This document shows positions 61,040 through 64,000 of a stretch of 64,000 nucleotides of DNA, one piece after another. The DNA comes from Podarcis tiliguerta. Taxonomy: Eukaryota. Each line of letters opens with the position of its first letter. The stretch's first letter is position 1. Under the pieces are notes generated by a model that was not told the DNA's origin, did no database searches, and saw only the letters and a program-made list of their open reading frames with translations. A program made the position numbers and the translations under genes. The stretch lies in assembly GCA_965153285.1 (NCBI GenBank), contig OZ229123.1; one strand, written 5' to 3'.

Positions 61040-61430
61040 AGAAATCCAAGAAGCTGAACCCTGGAAGACTCAGGCCAGACGAAATGATGTATTCTTGCAC
61101 GCAGTGCATAGTTAAACTATGGAATTTGCTCCCACACAGTGTAGTGATGGCCACCAACGTGGGTGCCTTTAAAAGACTATTCTCTAAATTCACGGAGGAT
61201 AAAATAAGGTTATCCGTAGCTACAAACCACAATGCCTCTGCTTTGCCCCCACTGGCAGAGACTGTATGCCTCTGAATATCAATTGCTGTGAATCACAGAT
61301 GGGCAGAGTGCTGTTGCACCCAGGTCCTGTCTGGGGGCTTCCTATGGTTGTCTGGTCGGCCACTGAGGACAGGATGCTGAGCTTCCTGGGTCTTTAGCCT
61401 CATGCACTGTAGAGCTCCTCTTCTTATGCA
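61040..61430 (+). mobile_element. CR1-group LINE 3' fragment
   Basis: TQCIVKLWNLLPHSVVMATNVGAFKRLFSKFTEDK resembles the CR1 ORF2 end. Confidence 0.75.
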
Positions 61431-64000
61431 AACAGTACCCTCTGCTGGAAGAAAAATGCCATATCACCGTCATCAGTGCCTCTGTACCACTGTCATCCGT
61501 GCCTTAGTTTGGTCTTTATTGGATGTGTGGGGAACCACTAGTAGGTTTCAGCCTTACCTTTGCAGAATATAAAGAGAAATGGCCTTAAAATGGGCATTTC
61601 CCTGCAGTATCGAATGCATCATTGCCCCATCATTGTTCTTAAGCATGTATGGCAGAATTTCACATACACCGCAGACATTTGTGCAACCAGCCAGTGCCTC
61701 CAAGCAGGGCATTCCAGCCTACCCCCATTATTCCAGTTTTCTTTCCCATTCTACATTCCGTGGCTAGTGAGCATGTTCAGTTCTCACTGGGCTGTTGGAT
61801 TCCCCCCTCCAAAAAAATGTTTAAGGCTGTAATGCTGCAAATATTGAGGTTCCCCTGAGAATGCTTATTTAATATATTTACAGTGAAATTCAACTAACTA
61901 GTGCCACTAGTAGAAGCCTGTGCAAGGATCTCTGCTAGTGCAACAGGACTCCTCCCCTCCTCTTGTGCCCCCAAAATGACTTGGGAGGAGTCAGGAGAAA
62001 CCCCAAAACAGCACATGGAGGGGAGGTTCTGTCAGGCAAGCAAAAATGCTTGCTCTGGTGGAATATTTGTAACAGTGCAACATTGAATTTATCCCTTGTT
62101 ATGCTATACATTCATTATTTAATAAATGTATGTACCATTTTTCAAGAAAATGTGGTTTGTAAGGCACATACCAAATGTACAATAAAATACAAATTATAAC
62201 CATAAAACACCACAAAAAATCTCAATTTTTTTCAAATAATATATTACTAAAAGCTATGGGGAACATTCACACTGATATCCCCTTCTTGTTTCTTAGTTGC
62301 TTAATTTTGATGACAGCCCTGTGGCCACTCAACACCTGAATTCTCCATTAGGAGGAAGATTTCAGGGCAGTGAGCAAACCCAATAATAAAATGACAAAAA
62401 AAATTTGAACTGAAATTATAACAAGCCTGGGTAAAACAATTTTTGGGGCAGGCACTGAAAATACGATAGCAGAGTCTGCAGGAAAACCGCTTTAGGCTCA
62501 TCTTCTAAAACCTGACAGTGCTGAGCTGTGCAGTCAGTCTTATGTTAATCTTCACACAAAAATGACATCATCAATGCCCATTCAACGAACAGCCTGCATG
62601 TGAGTGACTGATCAGAATAAAGTGGGCTTATTTATCATGTTATTTGAATGGAATAAATCATGCATGCAAATTGTACACCAAGTCATAGCTAACGAATGCA
62701 ACTGGAAAAACAACAACAAAACAAGTTGTAAAAACTGAGGGAATGCCTAAGACTCTTCTTGCTAGGGGTATGTTTTGGGTCGGTACTGCTTGTACCAGGC
62801 TGGGGTATTGATCAGGGGGGTAGACCCCTGAAGTTAATGAAGATGACTAACTAAGGTACATTGATTTTAATAGGTCTACTCTGAGTAGTACTTATTTGAA
62901 TACAACCCAACACCTCCAGGGATGATGAGAGAAACAGCCACTCCAGTGGGAAGAGACCAATTTGTGTTCCGGACACTTTTTCTTTTCTTCTAGATGTGGC
63001 AGTCATTTTGTGTTGTGCCATGTCCCCATGACAACCATTTTGTTAGGCCACATGCCCCACAACTGCCATTGTACGGCTGATGCACACACAGCATTTTCTC
63101 AGCATTCCACATGTGCCCACTGGCCCCCAAAGGTTGGCTACCCCCATTCTAGATTACATAAAGGCTTTATTTAAGTTGAAAAGCAATGCATTAAAATGGT
63201 TAGAGCAACCAGTTAGTGTGCATGCTTGCTTAGGAAATAACAAGAATTTTAGAAAAGGAAACTTGATTGAACTCAACATGCTGTATTCTGGGTTAATCAT
63301 ATTTCGAGTTTGCCCATTGGAATGGATGGATATGGCTATCTTAGGTTCACTCATCTCAATGGGTCTACTCTGAGTCGAACTTGGTTTGATGCAGGCAATT
63401 GATGAAATCCCTCTCCCCCCCCCTTGATGATTTAAATAAATGATTTGCATCGACTTAATTTAAATTCATCCACCTTAACCCATAGCCCTTCACTGTATGC
63501 AATGCCGCATAGTTCGCACATAGGGGCTTCCTGTGCCGATGATCTAGGATGGAAAAACATCCAATGTGTCTTCTGCAGGTCCCATGAAGAGTTAACTTTT
63601 TCTAATCCCCTAAGAAGCTAGAATTATAAATCTATAAAGTCTTTCCAAATCTGTTTCTGAGCTCTCCAGCAGCTCAAATTTAGTTAAATGGATTAATATG
63701 CAAATGGGGTATAAAACTTGCAGGAGTGCGAAGCTGCCTTTAGCTTTGATCTGATCAGCTTTTGGGAAAGGGGGCTGGGCAGGATCCCCTCTGTATCTCT
63801 GGGCAGAATAGTGCTGATACTGACATCTGTTTGCCCCCCCCTCCAATTTCCCTGGCCGCAGGCTTATCTGGTGGTGGAGACCTGTTCTGGCAAGCCACCC
63901 CTCATGTTAGAGTTCCCACAATGGCCCCTGAGAGCCCACTAAGAGCAGGCACTCTGGGCCAATGTAAGACCACAATGGCTCGGTTCCACCTCCACAGTTA

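Overview
Vertebrate genomic DNA, almost certainly a squamate reptile and probably a lacertid lizard (Sauria SINEs with (ACCTTT)n tails, CR1/L1/L2 fragments, palindromic MITEs). It holds three protein-coding genes, which I assembled by hand from GT-AG boundaries and reading phases. (1) The last coding exon and 3' region of LUC7L (+, 315-456, ending SEEREAGEI*), absent from the ORF track. (2) A complete 5-exon NME4, mitochondrial nucleoside diphosphate kinase D (-, 11830 to 5935; 603 nt, 200 aa). (3) A complete 24-exon XPO6, exportin-6 (-, 59374 to 17394; 3378 nt, 1125 aa), whose first exon contributes only the ATG. CpG-island promoters lie at about 11.4-12.3 kb and 59.95-60.42 kb. I found no prokaryote-type system, CRISPR array or true RNA gene. 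The most interesting signals are post-transcriptional or evolutionary: extra splice sites downstream of the LUC7L stop; candidate stop-containing (poison) micro-exons at both ends of XPO6 intron 7, one with a TACTGAC branch point and an upstream RBFOX motif; a uORF cluster before the XPO6 ATG; ancestral NDPK residues in NME4; and a LUC7L-NME4-XPO6 gene order that differs from human. These are sequence-based hypotheses and need RNA-seq or alignment tests. Comparisons to human sequences are from memory.
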